From Pseudomonadota bacterium (lineage in GTDB: Bacteria > Bdellovibrionota_B > Oligoflexia > Oligoflexales > CAIYRB01), in the NCBI GenBank assembly GCA_026390435.1, contig JAPLFY010000117.1:27181-91180 (forward strand): 64,000 nucleotides of DNA, in the 5' to 3' direction. Below, piece after piece: positions 9,598 to 19,387 of this stretch; within the stretch, counting starts at the first letter, position 1; every line of letters begins with the position of its first letter. The position numbers and the translations under genes are program-made. The notes below the pieces were generated by a model that searched no databases, had not been told where the DNA came from, and saw nothing but the letters and a program-made list of their open reading frames with translations.

Positions 9598-12500
9598 ATG
9601 AGCCAAAAAGACACAGGTCAAGGTCGTCACGAACCGGTTTTCTACGCATCAACAAGACATCGTTGGAAGGTGTTTTTAGGAATCTGCTTGGTTTTTCTTA
9701 TCGTAGGGACAGCACTTGCGATTAGCGCAACCACGTCACTGCTGCGCGAAAGTGATTTGCCTCCCCCTCCTAAGATCGACATCACCCAAACTCCACCTGC
9801 GACTAAGAATAAATCCACTACTACCCTTTCTTTACCGCCCCCCACTCAACGGAATCTGGCTTGTTGCGGCCAAATAAGAGGTGGATTTTATGTGAATTGG
9901 GACAAGCAGTCGCTGATGACACTGCAAAAGCACGGTGACCAGGTCAACGTTGTATTTCCTGAGTGGATGTTTCTAACTCCAGTTCCTGGCGGCCTGAAGA
10001 TCGAGGTCGATGCGCAAGCGCTAAGCATAATGCGCGCGAACGGCAGCCTTGTCGTTCCAATGCTCAGTAATGCTCACGAGGAAGGCTGGCCGACCGATTC
10101 CATGCTGGCCATGATTCGCCAACCAGAACTTCGCCGTGCTTTTCTCGACAGCCTGATAGGAGTCATGAGCGAGCACAACCTCGACGGCATCAATCTTGAT
10201 TTTGAAAATCTGCCCCCAGGCGCTGAGCATGAAGTTCTTTCATTTCAGCGAGACCTCTATCACGAACTCCATAAAAGAGGATTAATACTCACCCGCGATA
10301 TCTCGGCCGACCTCGACTCCTATGATTTAACTGCTGTAGCCGCGTCTAGCGACTACGTCGTCCTCATGGCCTACGATGAGCATTATAGCGAAAGTAAACC
10401 AGGCCCGATTGCCTCGCCGGATTTCGTTGGCAAAGTTGTCGGAAATCTAACGAAGGTCATACCACCGTCGAAAATCATAATGGGTCTTGCTGCCTATGGT
10501 TACGATTGGCCTGAAACAGGTGCAGCCAAGGAAACTTCTTTTATGGCCGCCATGGCTACGGCCAAAGACCATCAAGCCGAGGTCCGGTTTGACCCGCAGT
10601 CGTCCCATATCAGTTACTCCTTTGTCGACGACTCCAAAACCAAGCATACGGTGTGGCTCCTTGACGGAATGACCAACTATAATCTGATGCGGATGGCCGC
10701 ATCTCTGAAATTAGCTGGAACAGCAATTTGGCGCCTAGGTGGTGAAGACCCGCGCTTATGGACATTTTATAAAACCATCCATGCGACCACCCAAGATGGG
10801 GTCAAACCAACAACCAGACCAGATTTGACGCGCATACAGCCAGAAAACGACGCCATTATGATGGGTGAAGGCGGCATTATCGAAATGCTGCAGGATCGAA
10901 CTGAAGGGCTCACAGAGCTCAACTGGGATGATGCCAGTGGTTTAATCTCCGGTGAAACCTACCTCAACATTCCGGCACCTATGGTGTATGAGCGCAGCGG
11001 GCTCATGGACAAAGCTATCGCCATCACTTTTGACGACGGACCGGACGAGATTTTTACCCCTAAAGTGCTTGATATTCTTGCAAGGGAGCATGTGCCGGCA
11101 ACATTTTTCCTGATCGGAAGTAATGCCGCGCGGCATACCGATATTGTCCGGCGGATTTACGATGAAGGCCACGAAATCGGCAACCATAGTTTCTCCCACC
11201 CTAACTTCGCTGAGATTAGCTCGCCAAGAATGAGCCTTGAACTTCATTCGACAGAACGCATTATCGAGGCTCTCACGGGTCATAGCACCTTATTATTCCG
11301 ACCTCCATTTGGCGGCTATGACGACGATGAAAGTCTTAAGTCTGCCCAGACTCTAGCTGCTGCGGGCCGCAATGGGCTACTCACGGTGACCATCGGCATC
11401 GACCCCCGCGACTGGGAAAGCGGCGCTAGCGTCGACGGCATCCTGCAGGCAGCCCGCAGTCGGTCCGGTTCGATGATGCTACTCCACGACGCAGGCGGCG
11501 ACCGAAGCGTGACGGTGGCAGCGCTGCCGCTTTTAATCGATCAATTCCGTAAAGCTGGTTACCGGTTTACCACAGTCTCGGGCCTTGTTGGCAGAGAACG
11601 CATTGATGTCATGCCCCCCCTACTCTCAATGACGGATCGCGCCCTCGCAAAATGCAATAAGCTGCTACTTTGGTTAACCAGTGGCGGCAACATCATGATC
11701 AGCTGGCTTTTTGTTGTCGGTATCGTGCTGATGACACTACGCACTTTAGTCATCGTGATCATGGCTAGGTTGCAAGTGTTGAAAAAAAGTCGCATAGCGC
11801 TAGCCAAGCCCACATCAGACAACTCGCTTGATAGGAACACCTTAGTCAGCGTGATCGTTCCCGCCTATAACGAGATGCTTAATGCCGTTGCCGTGATTCG
11901 GCACGTCCTCGAGAGTGAACACCCTAATATTGAAGTCATTTTCGTGGATGATGGCTCTATTGACCAAACATTTGCTAGAGTCGAAGCGGCATTTTCGCAC
12001 CACCCCAAAGTACGCCTGATTAAAAAAGCGAATGGTGGCAAAGCATCCGCCATCAACATAGGCCTTCAGCATGCAAAAGGTGAAATCGTCGTTTGCATTG
12101 ATGCGGACACCCGAATAAATCCCTCTGCCATCTGCCATCTGCTCAGGGAAATGCGGCACCCTCGTATCGCAGCAGTAGCTGGCACTGTTTCCATTGCTAA
12201 TACCCTCAACCTCATCACCAGGCTTCAAGACGTCGAATACACGACAGCCCAAACTCTCGACCGTCGGGCTTTTGAGCTGGTTAATGCGATCATTACTGTA
12301 CCTGGTGCTATTGGAGCATTTCGACTGTCTGCCATTACTGAAGCCGGAGGTTTTACCAACGACACCTTAGCGGAAGACTGCGATCTCACTATTCGTCTAT
12401 TAAAACTTGGTTACCAGGTCGCCTACAGCCCCGATGCAGTAGCCTTGACCGAGGCTCCTGAAAACTTAAAAATGTTTCTCAAGCAACGGTTTCGCTGGTC

Positions 12501-12948
12501 TTTCGGGATTATGCAATGCTTATGGAAGCATCGCTCCAGCTTTTTTAGTCGGTCTACGCCTGGACTTGGGTGCTTCGCACTCCCCCACGCCCTAATTTTT
12601 CAATTCCTACTACCCACGCTGGCGCCTCTTGGTGATATTTTCATGATCATTGGCCTCGTTTTCGGGGCCCCAATACAGATACTGTGGTACACGCTCGCAT
12701 TTCTAGCAGTCGATATGTTGATCACCACCACAGCTCTCGCGTTCGCGCGGGGACGCCTCCAATGGCCGAGGCTCTTTATACTGTTGCTGGCCCAGCGCTT
12801 CATCTATCGCTATGTCCTTTATGTACCACTGGGCAAGGCGATCATTGCTGCAATGCGCGGGCGAATTGTTGGTTGGGGACACTTACAAAGACAGGGGCGC
12901 GTTGCGCAAATCTCAGAGACATCCCTAGCGGCCTCTTTAGTAGATTAA
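9598..12948 (+). CDS. Membrane-bound GH18-like hydrolase / CE4 (NodB) deacetylase / GT2 processive synthase fusion (PNAG- or chitin-like polymer)
   Basis: ORF track starts at TTG 9577; ATG 9598 follows GAGAAGG. N-terminal TM helix, GH18 motif LDGINLDFEN and NodB motifs ITFDDGP and HSFSHP. TM segment, then GT2 motifs VIVPAYNE, DDGS, DAD and QRFRWSFG (QxxRW), then C-terminal TM helices as in PgaC/IcaA. Confidence 0.8.
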   Translation: MSQKDTGQGRHEPVFYASTRHRWKVFLGICLVFLIVGTALAISATTSLLRESDLPPPPKIDITQTPPATKNKSTTTLSLPPPTQRNLACCGQIRGGFYVNWDKQSLMTLQKHGDQVNVVFPEWMFLTPVPGGLKIEVDAQALSIMRANGSLVVPMLSNAHEEGWPTDSMLAMIRQPELRRAFLDSLIGVMSEHNLDGINLDFENLPPGAEHEVLSFQRDLYHELHKRGLILTRDISADLDSYDLTAVAASSDYVVLMAYDEHYSESKPGPIASPDFVGKVVGNLTKVIPPSKIIMGLAAYGYDWPETGAAKETSFMAAMATAKDHQAEVRFDPQSSHISYSFVDDSKTKHTVWLLDGMTNYNLMRMAASLKLAGTAIWRLGGEDPRLWTFYKTIHATTQDGVKPTTRPDLTRIQPENDAIMMGEGGIIEMLQDRTEGLTELNWDDASGLISGETYLNIPAPMVYERSGLMDKAIAITFDDGPDEIFTPKVLDILAREHVPATFFLIGSNAARHTDIVRRIYDEGHEIGNHSFSHPNFAEISSPRMSLELHSTERIIEALTGHSTLLFRPPFGGYDDDESLKSAQTLAAAGRNGLLTVTIGIDPRDWESGASVDGILQAARSRSGSMMLLHDAGGDRSVTVAALPLLIDQFRKAGYRFTTVSGLVGRERIDVMPPLLSMTDRALAKCNKLLLWLTSGGNIMISWLFVVGIVLMTLRTLVIVIMARLQVLKKSRIALAKPTSDNSLDRNTLVSVIVPAYNEMLNAVAVIRHVLESEHPNIEVIFVDDGSIDQTFARVEAAFSHHPKVRLIKKANGGKASAINIGLQHAKGEIVVCIDADTRINPSAICHLLREMRHPRIAAVAGTVSIANTLNLITRLQDVEYTTAQTLDRRAFELVNAIITVPGAIGAFRLSAITEAGGFTNDTLAEDCDLTIRLLKLGYQVAYSPDAVALTEAPENLKMFLKQRFRWSFGIMQCLWKHRSSFFSRSTPGLGCFALPHALIFQFLLPTLAPLGDIFMIIGLVFGAPIQILWYTLAFLAVDMLITTTALAFARGRLQWPRLFILLLAQRFIYRYVLYVPLGKAIIAAMRGRIVGWGHLQRQGRVAQISETSLAASLVD

Positions 12949-13058
12949 CAGCACTAAAGAGAGCCTGCTTTATGATCAGTGACTACCACAGAGTCAACAG
13001 CATTCTTAATTGCTACCTGACTTTCATTCATATCTTGTTTCTCCAACAGCATTGGACT

Positions 13059-14423
13059 TTATAATCCCAGCTTTTCCTTTGGATGCTGCGGAGGCGGCAC
13101 ATTTGCTGCATCAAGCGGCGTACAAGCCAAGTTAGTTTGAGTCCCAAGAGCTTCCGTCACTTTGCAGTTAATCACTGGAGTGCCATTCACATTTCGAGCG
13201 GTGAGAGCCCAGCCTTCTGATTGACGGTCTAAAGTCGCAAACCCATAATTATACCATTCCACACTCTGCAAGCCTGGTTGAGTCACGGTGTTTAAGGATT
13301 GGCCTTTCACCGTTGGTTTTTCCAGGTAAGTACCTCCGTGGCCGTTTATTAACTCTGGAGGCTGCGAAGTGCCGGGAAACTGGTTGTAAGAAAGTAGGTG
13401 CTTATGACCAGTCAACACCAGGCTGATAGTCCCTGCAGTCTGCCACTCAGGTGGTAATTTGGCTGGCGCACCCGTAACCTCATCATCGGCTCCAGGTGTC
13501 AGGAATGGACGATGCAAAGCCCACCACGTTAGAGTGGACGGTATTGGTTTGATTTGGTTAAAGCTGGGCACCATATTCTGATCATCGGCAGCATCAATCA
13601 CAGCCAACTGATGATCACCGAACTGCAAGAAATACGGCGGACTGCTGTCGATGCAAGCTGCAGGCATCGGCCGCGGATCGAGTAACGTGAACCAACCGTT
13701 ACCACCTCTGGCGCATAACTCATGATTACCTCGAATCACAATTATGGGTGCAGCCTCTAGCAGGCGCAAGCCGGGTGCAAAAAAGTCTTGTTGCCAGGAC
13801 TCCCATGTATCCCCACTAATGGCACCAATACATTCTTGATTGCCGACTGGACAATTTGCCTCTCGGTAATGAAAATCACCGACATGGATGATCAGATCAG
13901 GTGCAGTGGCTGCGGCCGAATCAGCAACTTGCTGGAAAGGCCAGGTCGCTTGGTTGTTGCAGTCTTGGAGCTGCAGCGCACCTTTTTCTTCTTTGATCCG
14001 ACATCCCGTATCGCCGAGCACGACGATCCGCTGCGGATTGGATTTCGGCAGATGAAGCCGCTGAGTTCCCAATACCGCGGAAGTCGTGTCACTAGGCAAC
14101 GTTAGTTCACAGACTGTGACCGCAAAAGCTGGAGTTGATTTTGCTCTGACATTCATACTCACTGAACCGCTGTTCAGTATGAGCTGAGGGCAAGTGCTAA
14201 GTTCGGTAATGACACGCGCAATCACTGTCGAGTTCGGACCAAGTTCCGTCCATGCAGCTTTCACTCCTGGGACTGCACTGCTGCTAACTCTTGGATTTGA
14301 TCCTCCAACAGCAGAGGGATCTACTTGCTCCGACTTTAGATTTTGAGTTTCGTGATTAGTTTGTTTACAAGCAAAACCAAAGGCGACGATAAATGGAGCA
14401 TAAGCCCGCAAAAATCTGCTCAT
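13059..14423 (-). CDS. Secreted calcineurin-like metallophosphoesterase (lipoprotein)
   Basis: 454 aa. Signal plus lipobox (FGFAC). Metallophosphoesterase blocks VVLGDTG, HVGDFHY, RGNHE and TGHKH. Confidence 0.75.
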   Translation of the reverse strand: MSRFLRAYAPFIVAFGFACKQTNHETQNLKSEQVDPSAVGGSNPRVSSSAVPGVKAAWTELGPNSTVIARVITELSTCPQLILNSGSVSMNVRAKSTPAFAVTVCELTLPSDTTSAVLGTQRLHLPKSNPQRIVVLGDTGCRIKEEKGALQLQDCNNQATWPFQQVADSAAATAPDLIIHVGDFHYREANCPVGNQECIGAISGDTWESWQQDFFAPGLRLLEAAPIIVIRGNHELCARGGNGWFTLLDPRPMPAACIDSSPPYFLQFGDHQLAVIDAADDQNMVPSFNQIKPIPSTLTWWALHRPFLTPGADDEVTGAPAKLPPEWQTAGTISLVLTGHKHLLSYNQFPGTSQPPELINGHGGTYLEKPTVKGQSLNTVTQPGLQSVEWYNYGFATLDRQSEGWALTARNVNGTPVINCKVTEALGTQTNLACTPLDAANVPPPQHPKEKLGL

Positions 14424-14488
14424 CAGGACAAATCTCCCAGCTAGTTCAGGTTAATCACACCTATTTGACCATGAACCCGCTCACTACC

Positions 14489-15274
14489 CTAGGCATTCGC
14501 CAAAGAGCCAGGTTTATCAGAGATACGAGCTGTCTCACGCTTGGCGCGCCCTAGAAGCCGGTACTGGATGATCGTCGGAATGTGAGCCAATAGTCCCAAT
14601 ATCGGAATAGGTACTACCACCAATAGATCGCATCCCGAAGGGACTCGCTCGCGCCATTTCTTCAGCAACTGACTTTCACTTTCATCATGCCGCCTTTGGT
14701 AGTTAGGCACTTTTCCCGCATTAACTTGGGCGCCTTTACCGTTGATCCCAGAGTCCACATCGAGACTGTGAAATTTCACTCGTTCGGCAATAAGTCGTCG
14801 CCATTTGAGTCCTTGTGCCAAATCAACAGCGGATTCCTGACACAAAAAATCCGGATAAATCTTTTGGCCAAAATGGTATCTTCGATAAACGTCGGGATTA
14901 CAAATATCGAAGAACATCGCAATGCGGCACATAGAATGCCGGATTTTGTGAAAGGCAACCTTCGTCATCAGATGGCGAAAGCATCTAGCTCCTAACTTTC
15001 CCCGTATAGAATTGCCGCGGCAGTCTGGATGTACCACTGCTAGACGAAAACCTATCAGGGCTTCAGTCGGCGTATTTACATTTGTGATAACCATAAACCC
15101 GCCAAGCTTACGATCGGTAATGGCTAGGGCAAACTCGTTGGCCTCGGTAAAATAATCTAACCTTTCGCTTCGAGTCAGCTTCAGCTGACCCTGAGAGTCA
15201 TCAATGAGCTTGTCTATTTCGCTCCGGTATTGATCTAAGCGCGAGTCAGCCGAAGCGAGGAAAAGAACATTCAT
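14489..15274 (-). CDS. Hypothetical protein, possible GNAT-like acyltransferase fold
   Basis: 261-aa ORF. The only hint is the segment LAVVHPDCRGNSIRGKLG, which resembles GNAT motif A. A 258-bp gap separates it from the upstream AsnB-like gene. Confidence 0.35.
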   Translation of the reverse strand: MNVLFLASADSRLDQYRSEIDKLIDDSQGQLKLTRSERLDYFTEANEFALAITDRKLGGFMVITNVNTPTEALIGFRLAVVHPDCRGNSIRGKLGARCFRHLMTKVAFHKIRHSMCRIAMFFDICNPDVYRRYHFGQKIYPDFLCQESAVDLAQGLKWRRLIAERVKFHSLDVDSGINGKGAQVNAGKVPNYQRRHDESESQLLKKWRERVPSGCDLLVVVPIPILGLLAHIPTIIQYRLLGRAKRETARISDKPGSLANA

Positions 15275-15532
15275 AAATGATTCATGCCCTCATCTTTGTG
15301 ATCACAGTTTCAGCGTTAATCAGAAGCCTGATATTTTAAAAGATTGAGGTAGTTAAAACCAATTCGGTCGTCGCTCTTCCCCCACCCGGGCGTCACAAAA
15401 AAACGCTACAATCAATAGTTTACTATACTTACCTTTAAGCAAGGAACATAAACATGTACCGCCAAAGCACACCTCATTGGAGATGAAATTTCTTTCATAG
15501 ACTTTAGCGCGAAAGGGGTGGTTACACCGCCA

Positions 15533-17434
15533 TTAAGGCTGTACCCCATTAGCTTCCGCCCAAATACCGAGTGCTAAAAGAGCCCACAATGTGCCTTGCC
15601 AACACCCTCTGAAATACAGCGATGGCTGCGAAAGCCATTTTTCCGCACCCGGTACAGCATTTCTTACCACGGTAGAATCCAAGACATAGCTTTTCAGTGT
15701 TGGACCGTGGGAGTCCAGGAGCGAGCGAAGGCTACCAAAATCAAACGACCGTTTCTTAGCATACGCAGCATTTACACCCAGGTGCCGCTCACCCCATTTT
15801 CTCAAGATCACTTTGGTATGCCGACTCCCTGGATACGCTCCAACCCGGTACTCTGACGGCAACTTCATGACAAAATCGAAGAGGTCGCGGTCCAAAAAAG
15901 GCATTCGCAGTTCAGTCGACTGATCCATGGCGGTGGAGTCGGCGTACGTTAAAATGTTTTCGGAAAGAAAAGTTCTGAGCATGACCTTTTGTATGCGATC
16001 TATACCTGAAGCATCGGCGCGGCAGTCCCGATAGAGAGCGCTAATGACTTCAAGATAAGCGGGAGAGGAATCTTTCCCTAATCGTTGAAATAGTACTTCT
16101 AGATCCCTGATTGGTAACGGACGGTGAATCAAATACCGTGCCGTAGCTGGGACTAGATTTTTCGGCGCCAGACGCAGAGCGCTCGCCCGCTCATAAATCG
16201 ACTCAGCCCCGTTCATGAACCGGGTAAAAAGCTTTGTGCTAAGGCTCGGTGGTAAATAACTCAGCTTCTTGAGGACTCTAAGTCTCAGTTGCTCCTGACT
16301 TAATCGATAGCCACCCAGGGTTTCATCGGCACCGTGCCCACAAAGAAAAACAGTCGCATGCCTTGAAGCTTTTTTGAGTAACAGCCAAGTCGCTAATGAC
16401 GCTCCATCACCTACTGGCTCGTTTAGTGAGCTAAAAGCAGGTACCATAGCCTCTACCCGCTCTTCTGCGGAGAAACTAAAATTATGATTATTTTGTTTAC
16501 TTGCGCCCCCCGCCTGTCCAAGCGGGCTCAGCTGGCCGTCCTGGGTAAAGTAACCATAAGTGAAGGTCGGAATACTCTCCTGCTCCTGGGCCAAGATCGT
16601 GTTGATCGATTGGCTATCTATTCCATCGCTAAGAAGCAAGCCGGTCGGAACGTCGGAGACTAGGCAACGCAGCGTTGCCTGCCGGAGTAGACGATCAAAT
16701 TCCTCAACCACGTCTTCTTGGCGAATTTTGGTCGGATTACTACCGCTATTTGTATAGTCAACTTCAAACCAGCGTTTTTTTTGCAAGCCATCTTGATTGA
16801 CGATCAGCATGCAACCAGGTTCAACCTTAAATACTTGCTTGATCACAGTTTTAGGCGCTATCACATAGCGCAGTGTCAAGAGCTCCTCCACACTTTCTGG
16901 ATCAAACTGCTTTGGCACGCCATCAGCAGCTAACATGGCTCCCAGCGACGACGCGAAGCTAACAGTGCCATGCGGACTTTGGTGATAGAAAAGAGGCTTC
17001 TCCCCAAACCGGTCCCGCACCAAATAAAGCTCACGTTTATCTTTGTCATAGACGGCCAAGGCAAACTGTCCGACGACTCGTTGCAAACAACTTGGCCCCA
17101 GCAAACTCCAAGCCTCGAGCAGAATTTCCGTATCCGATGTGGACCGCAAATCGGACTGGGAAAGTCCCAGCTCGACTCTAAGATCCTGATAGTTGTAGGA
17201 CTCGCCATTGTATACCATGATGAAGCGCCCACAGCGGCTGGTCATGGGCTGGTTGGCGCCGTCACTCAGGTCAAGAATTTTAAGCCGGCGGTGTCCTAGT
17301 GTGACGTCGCCAACGCTAACCATGCCGATGCCATCGGGCCCGCGATTGATCAGTCGCGTCATCATCGATGACACCGTCTCAGCGTCATGGCTGACCACTC
17401 CCCCAAGCCTAAAAATACCGGCTAAACCACACAT
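15533..17434 (-). CDS. Asparagine synthetase B-family glutamine-hydrolysing amidotransferase
   Basis: ORF track starts at GTG 17443. ATG 17434 gives MCGLAGIF (Cys2 nucleophile of Ntn amidotransferases) and follows AAGGTG. The PP-loop-like segment reads LLSDGIDS where canonical AsnB has SGGLDS. Confidence 0.82.
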   Translation of the reverse strand: MCGLAGIFRLGGVVSHDAETVSSMMTRLINRGPDGIGMVSVGDVTLGHRRLKILDLSDGANQPMTSRCGRFIMVYNGESYNYQDLRVELGLSQSDLRSTSDTEILLEAWSLLGPSCLQRVVGQFALAVYDKDKRELYLVRDRFGEKPLFYHQSPHGTVSFASSLGAMLAADGVPKQFDPESVEELLTLRYVIAPKTVIKQVFKVEPGCMLIVNQDGLQKKRWFEVDYTNSGSNPTKIRQEDVVEEFDRLLRQATLRCLVSDVPTGLLLSDGIDSQSINTILAQEQESIPTFTYGYFTQDGQLSPLGQAGGASKQNNHNFSFSAEERVEAMVPAFSSLNEPVGDGASLATWLLLKKASRHATVFLCGHGADETLGGYRLSQEQLRLRVLKKLSYLPPSLSTKLFTRFMNGAESIYERASALRLAPKNLVPATARYLIHRPLPIRDLEVLFQRLGKDSSPAYLEVISALYRDCRADASGIDRIQKVMLRTFLSENILTYADSTAMDQSTELRMPFLDRDLFDFVMKLPSEYRVGAYPGSRHTKVILRKWGERHLGVNAAYAKKRSFDFGSLRSLLDSHGPTLKSYVLDSTVVRNAVPGAEKWLSQPSLYFRGCWQGTLWALLALGIWAEANGVQP

Positions 17435-17469
17435 AGTAGACACCTTTATGACCGTTCGCTAAATCAACG

Positions 17470-19059
17470 CTATTGGTAGGAAAATACCAGCTCCCGATAC
17501 CTATTATGGGCGGGATCAAAGCTCGCCATTGGCACAGACCAAATAGGTAATAAATGTGATTTCGCAAGTTCCGTCCTCAACTTCCTGAAGGTAGCCTGGG
17601 TCTGCCCAGCACTCCCTGTACCACCAGCAGCACCAAGCTCTGCCAAGCGTTTGATTTGTTGTAAAAGCACCGATCGAGCGAGCACCGCTTTGCATTCAAC
17701 CATGCGCGCTGTCAACTCTTCAACAAGGAACGCCACAGTCTGTGATACTTGCTTTTTAGCCGCGCGATCGTCTTTCGGACAAGGCGTGCTGAGACTTATA
17801 CAGCCACCAGCTCGACTAGGCGCGATTAACCAACGTTGCCCCGACCAAGCATCGTGAGTGATAAAATTTGCTCGAACTTGCCGATCGTAACGTCGATCTA
17901 GTTTAGTCAGCGACTCCGCTACCGATTCAATATTTTTACTCGCCAACTGGCGCAACAGAGCTTCCAGTCCGTCTAGATAAACAGTGAGCTCAGCAATAAT
18001 CTTGGAGCGGATCGCTGTGGACAAAGTACGTGCGACGATAAGATTTTCTGTCAACAACCACCGCACCTGAAGGGCATAATAGGCCCGCATCTGCAACATA
18101 CGCCGTTGCCGCACACTCAATACGTGTGTCGATGTCAACTCGGCCAAATCGGGTAGCGCACTGCGGAAAAACTCGGAGAAGTAAGCTTTCAGATCAACCG
18201 GAACTTTTTTCGCATGTGCCTCGGCCAAAAATGTCGGTAGCCCTGGAATTGCGCAGAAGCGCCGGTAGAACTCAGTCAATCCACCAAACGCCGTCAGCGC
18301 CGCATGCATGTCATCCAAATAACGCCCAGAGCCAGCATAAAAATTATATGCCTGCGCTGCTAGCGACGCCGCAAAATCGCTGGTACCGCGGGGCTGCCAA
18401 AGCCGGGTACGCTGACCACTGAAGCCATCGAGATAGATATCAAGAATCTCATGATGATCTTGAATACCCAAAGACTGAAAGGCCCGCACAGGGTGGAACC
18501 TAGCATTGCTGGGAGTCTGCCGCTCGAGAGCGAATTCCCCATCGGGCAACCGAACGCGTACGGCGCCGCTGACAAAGATGTCGCTAAAAAAATAGCAAAA
18601 ACCCTCGGCCATCAGAGAGAACTCGCGAAAACTGCGCCGATTGCGCGGTCGCCAGAATCCGGCAAAAAGTGGCTCCCATAATGCCACATGCATCATTTCG
18701 TGCGACAAAACAGTGAATTCATCGATGGCGATTTTTAGCGCCGTGATTTCGCCGCCGAACTCATCGGTTACCACAGGAGGTAAACCACTGTGCGGCCGTT
18801 GTGAAATAGGATTCCACTCTTCGTTGCTAGTATCAGGTCTGGCTGGCGCAACCGCACTCAAGGATAGAAAGAGGTTCTTTAGTCCAGGCACCTTTTGGAT
18901 GAACGGTAATGCCGGCGGAGTCGATCTGTAGCGCCGCTGGCCACGACCGATATCGCCCAAAAAATCAAGAATGGCATGATAGGAGTTTAAAGCATCGAGA
19001 GCCCCTATAGCTTTGCCGCTAGGGCCTCGGCCTTGACACGGTTGTTTGCGCTCCGCCAA
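17470..19059 (-). CDS. Cytoplasmic HExxH-motif protein of unknown function
   Basis: 529-aa ORF. TTG start preceded by a strong AGGAGAGG RBS. HExxH in TVLSHEMMHVALWEP. No signal peptide. The stop lies 35 nt upstream of the AsnB-like start, so probably co-transcribed. Confidence 0.5.
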   Translation of the reverse strand: MAERKQPCQGRGPSGKAIGALDALNSYHAILDFLGDIGRGQRRYRSTPPALPFIQKVPGLKNLFLSLSAVAPARPDTSNEEWNPISQRPHSGLPPVVTDEFGGEITALKIAIDEFTVLSHEMMHVALWEPLFAGFWRPRNRRSFREFSLMAEGFCYFFSDIFVSGAVRVRLPDGEFALERQTPSNARFHPVRAFQSLGIQDHHEILDIYLDGFSGQRTRLWQPRGTSDFAASLAAQAYNFYAGSGRYLDDMHAALTAFGGLTEFYRRFCAIPGLPTFLAEAHAKKVPVDLKAYFSEFFRSALPDLAELTSTHVLSVRQRRMLQMRAYYALQVRWLLTENLIVARTLSTAIRSKIIAELTVYLDGLEALLRQLASKNIESVAESLTKLDRRYDRQVRANFITHDAWSGQRWLIAPSRAGGCISLSTPCPKDDRAAKKQVSQTVAFLVEELTARMVECKAVLARSVLLQQIKRLAELGAAGGTGSAGQTQATFRKLRTELAKSHLLPIWSVPMASFDPAHNRYRELVFSYQ

Positions 19060-19282
19060 GCTGGCCTCTCCTACTCTTTTTCAGACTGAAATCTTTGAGT
19101 AAATAGCATCAATAGGCAGATATTTCGATGATCTTGTCGACATGAAGGGAGCTTGCGTTACAACTAGGCAATCAACAGCAGATGTTCCTGGATCTCTGAA
19201 ACGGAGCGCTCCACTATTGAACATGCGGTAAAGATTTGCGATAGTGCCATGTTACCTAACCTCTAGAATTAAGGAGCCCAAG

Positions 19283-19387
19283 ATGGCTAAGGGGCAAATT
19301 ACCAAGAAGACTGAGAAGAAACCTCCACTCCTGACGCCTAAGGAGAAAAAAGCGGCAAAGGCGGCAAAAAAGGCCGGCAAGAAATGA
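19283..19387 (+). CDS. 34-aa lysine-rich basic micro-protein (not in supplied ORF track)
   Basis: ATG 19283 lies 6 nt after AAGGAG (19271-19276). Translation is MAKGQITKKTEKKPPLLTPKEKKAAKAAKKAGKK. Its TGA (19385-19387) overlaps the ATG (19384-19386) of the next gene as ATGA. Confidence 0.5.
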   Translation: MAKGQITKKTEKKPPLLTPKEKKAAKAAKKAGKK

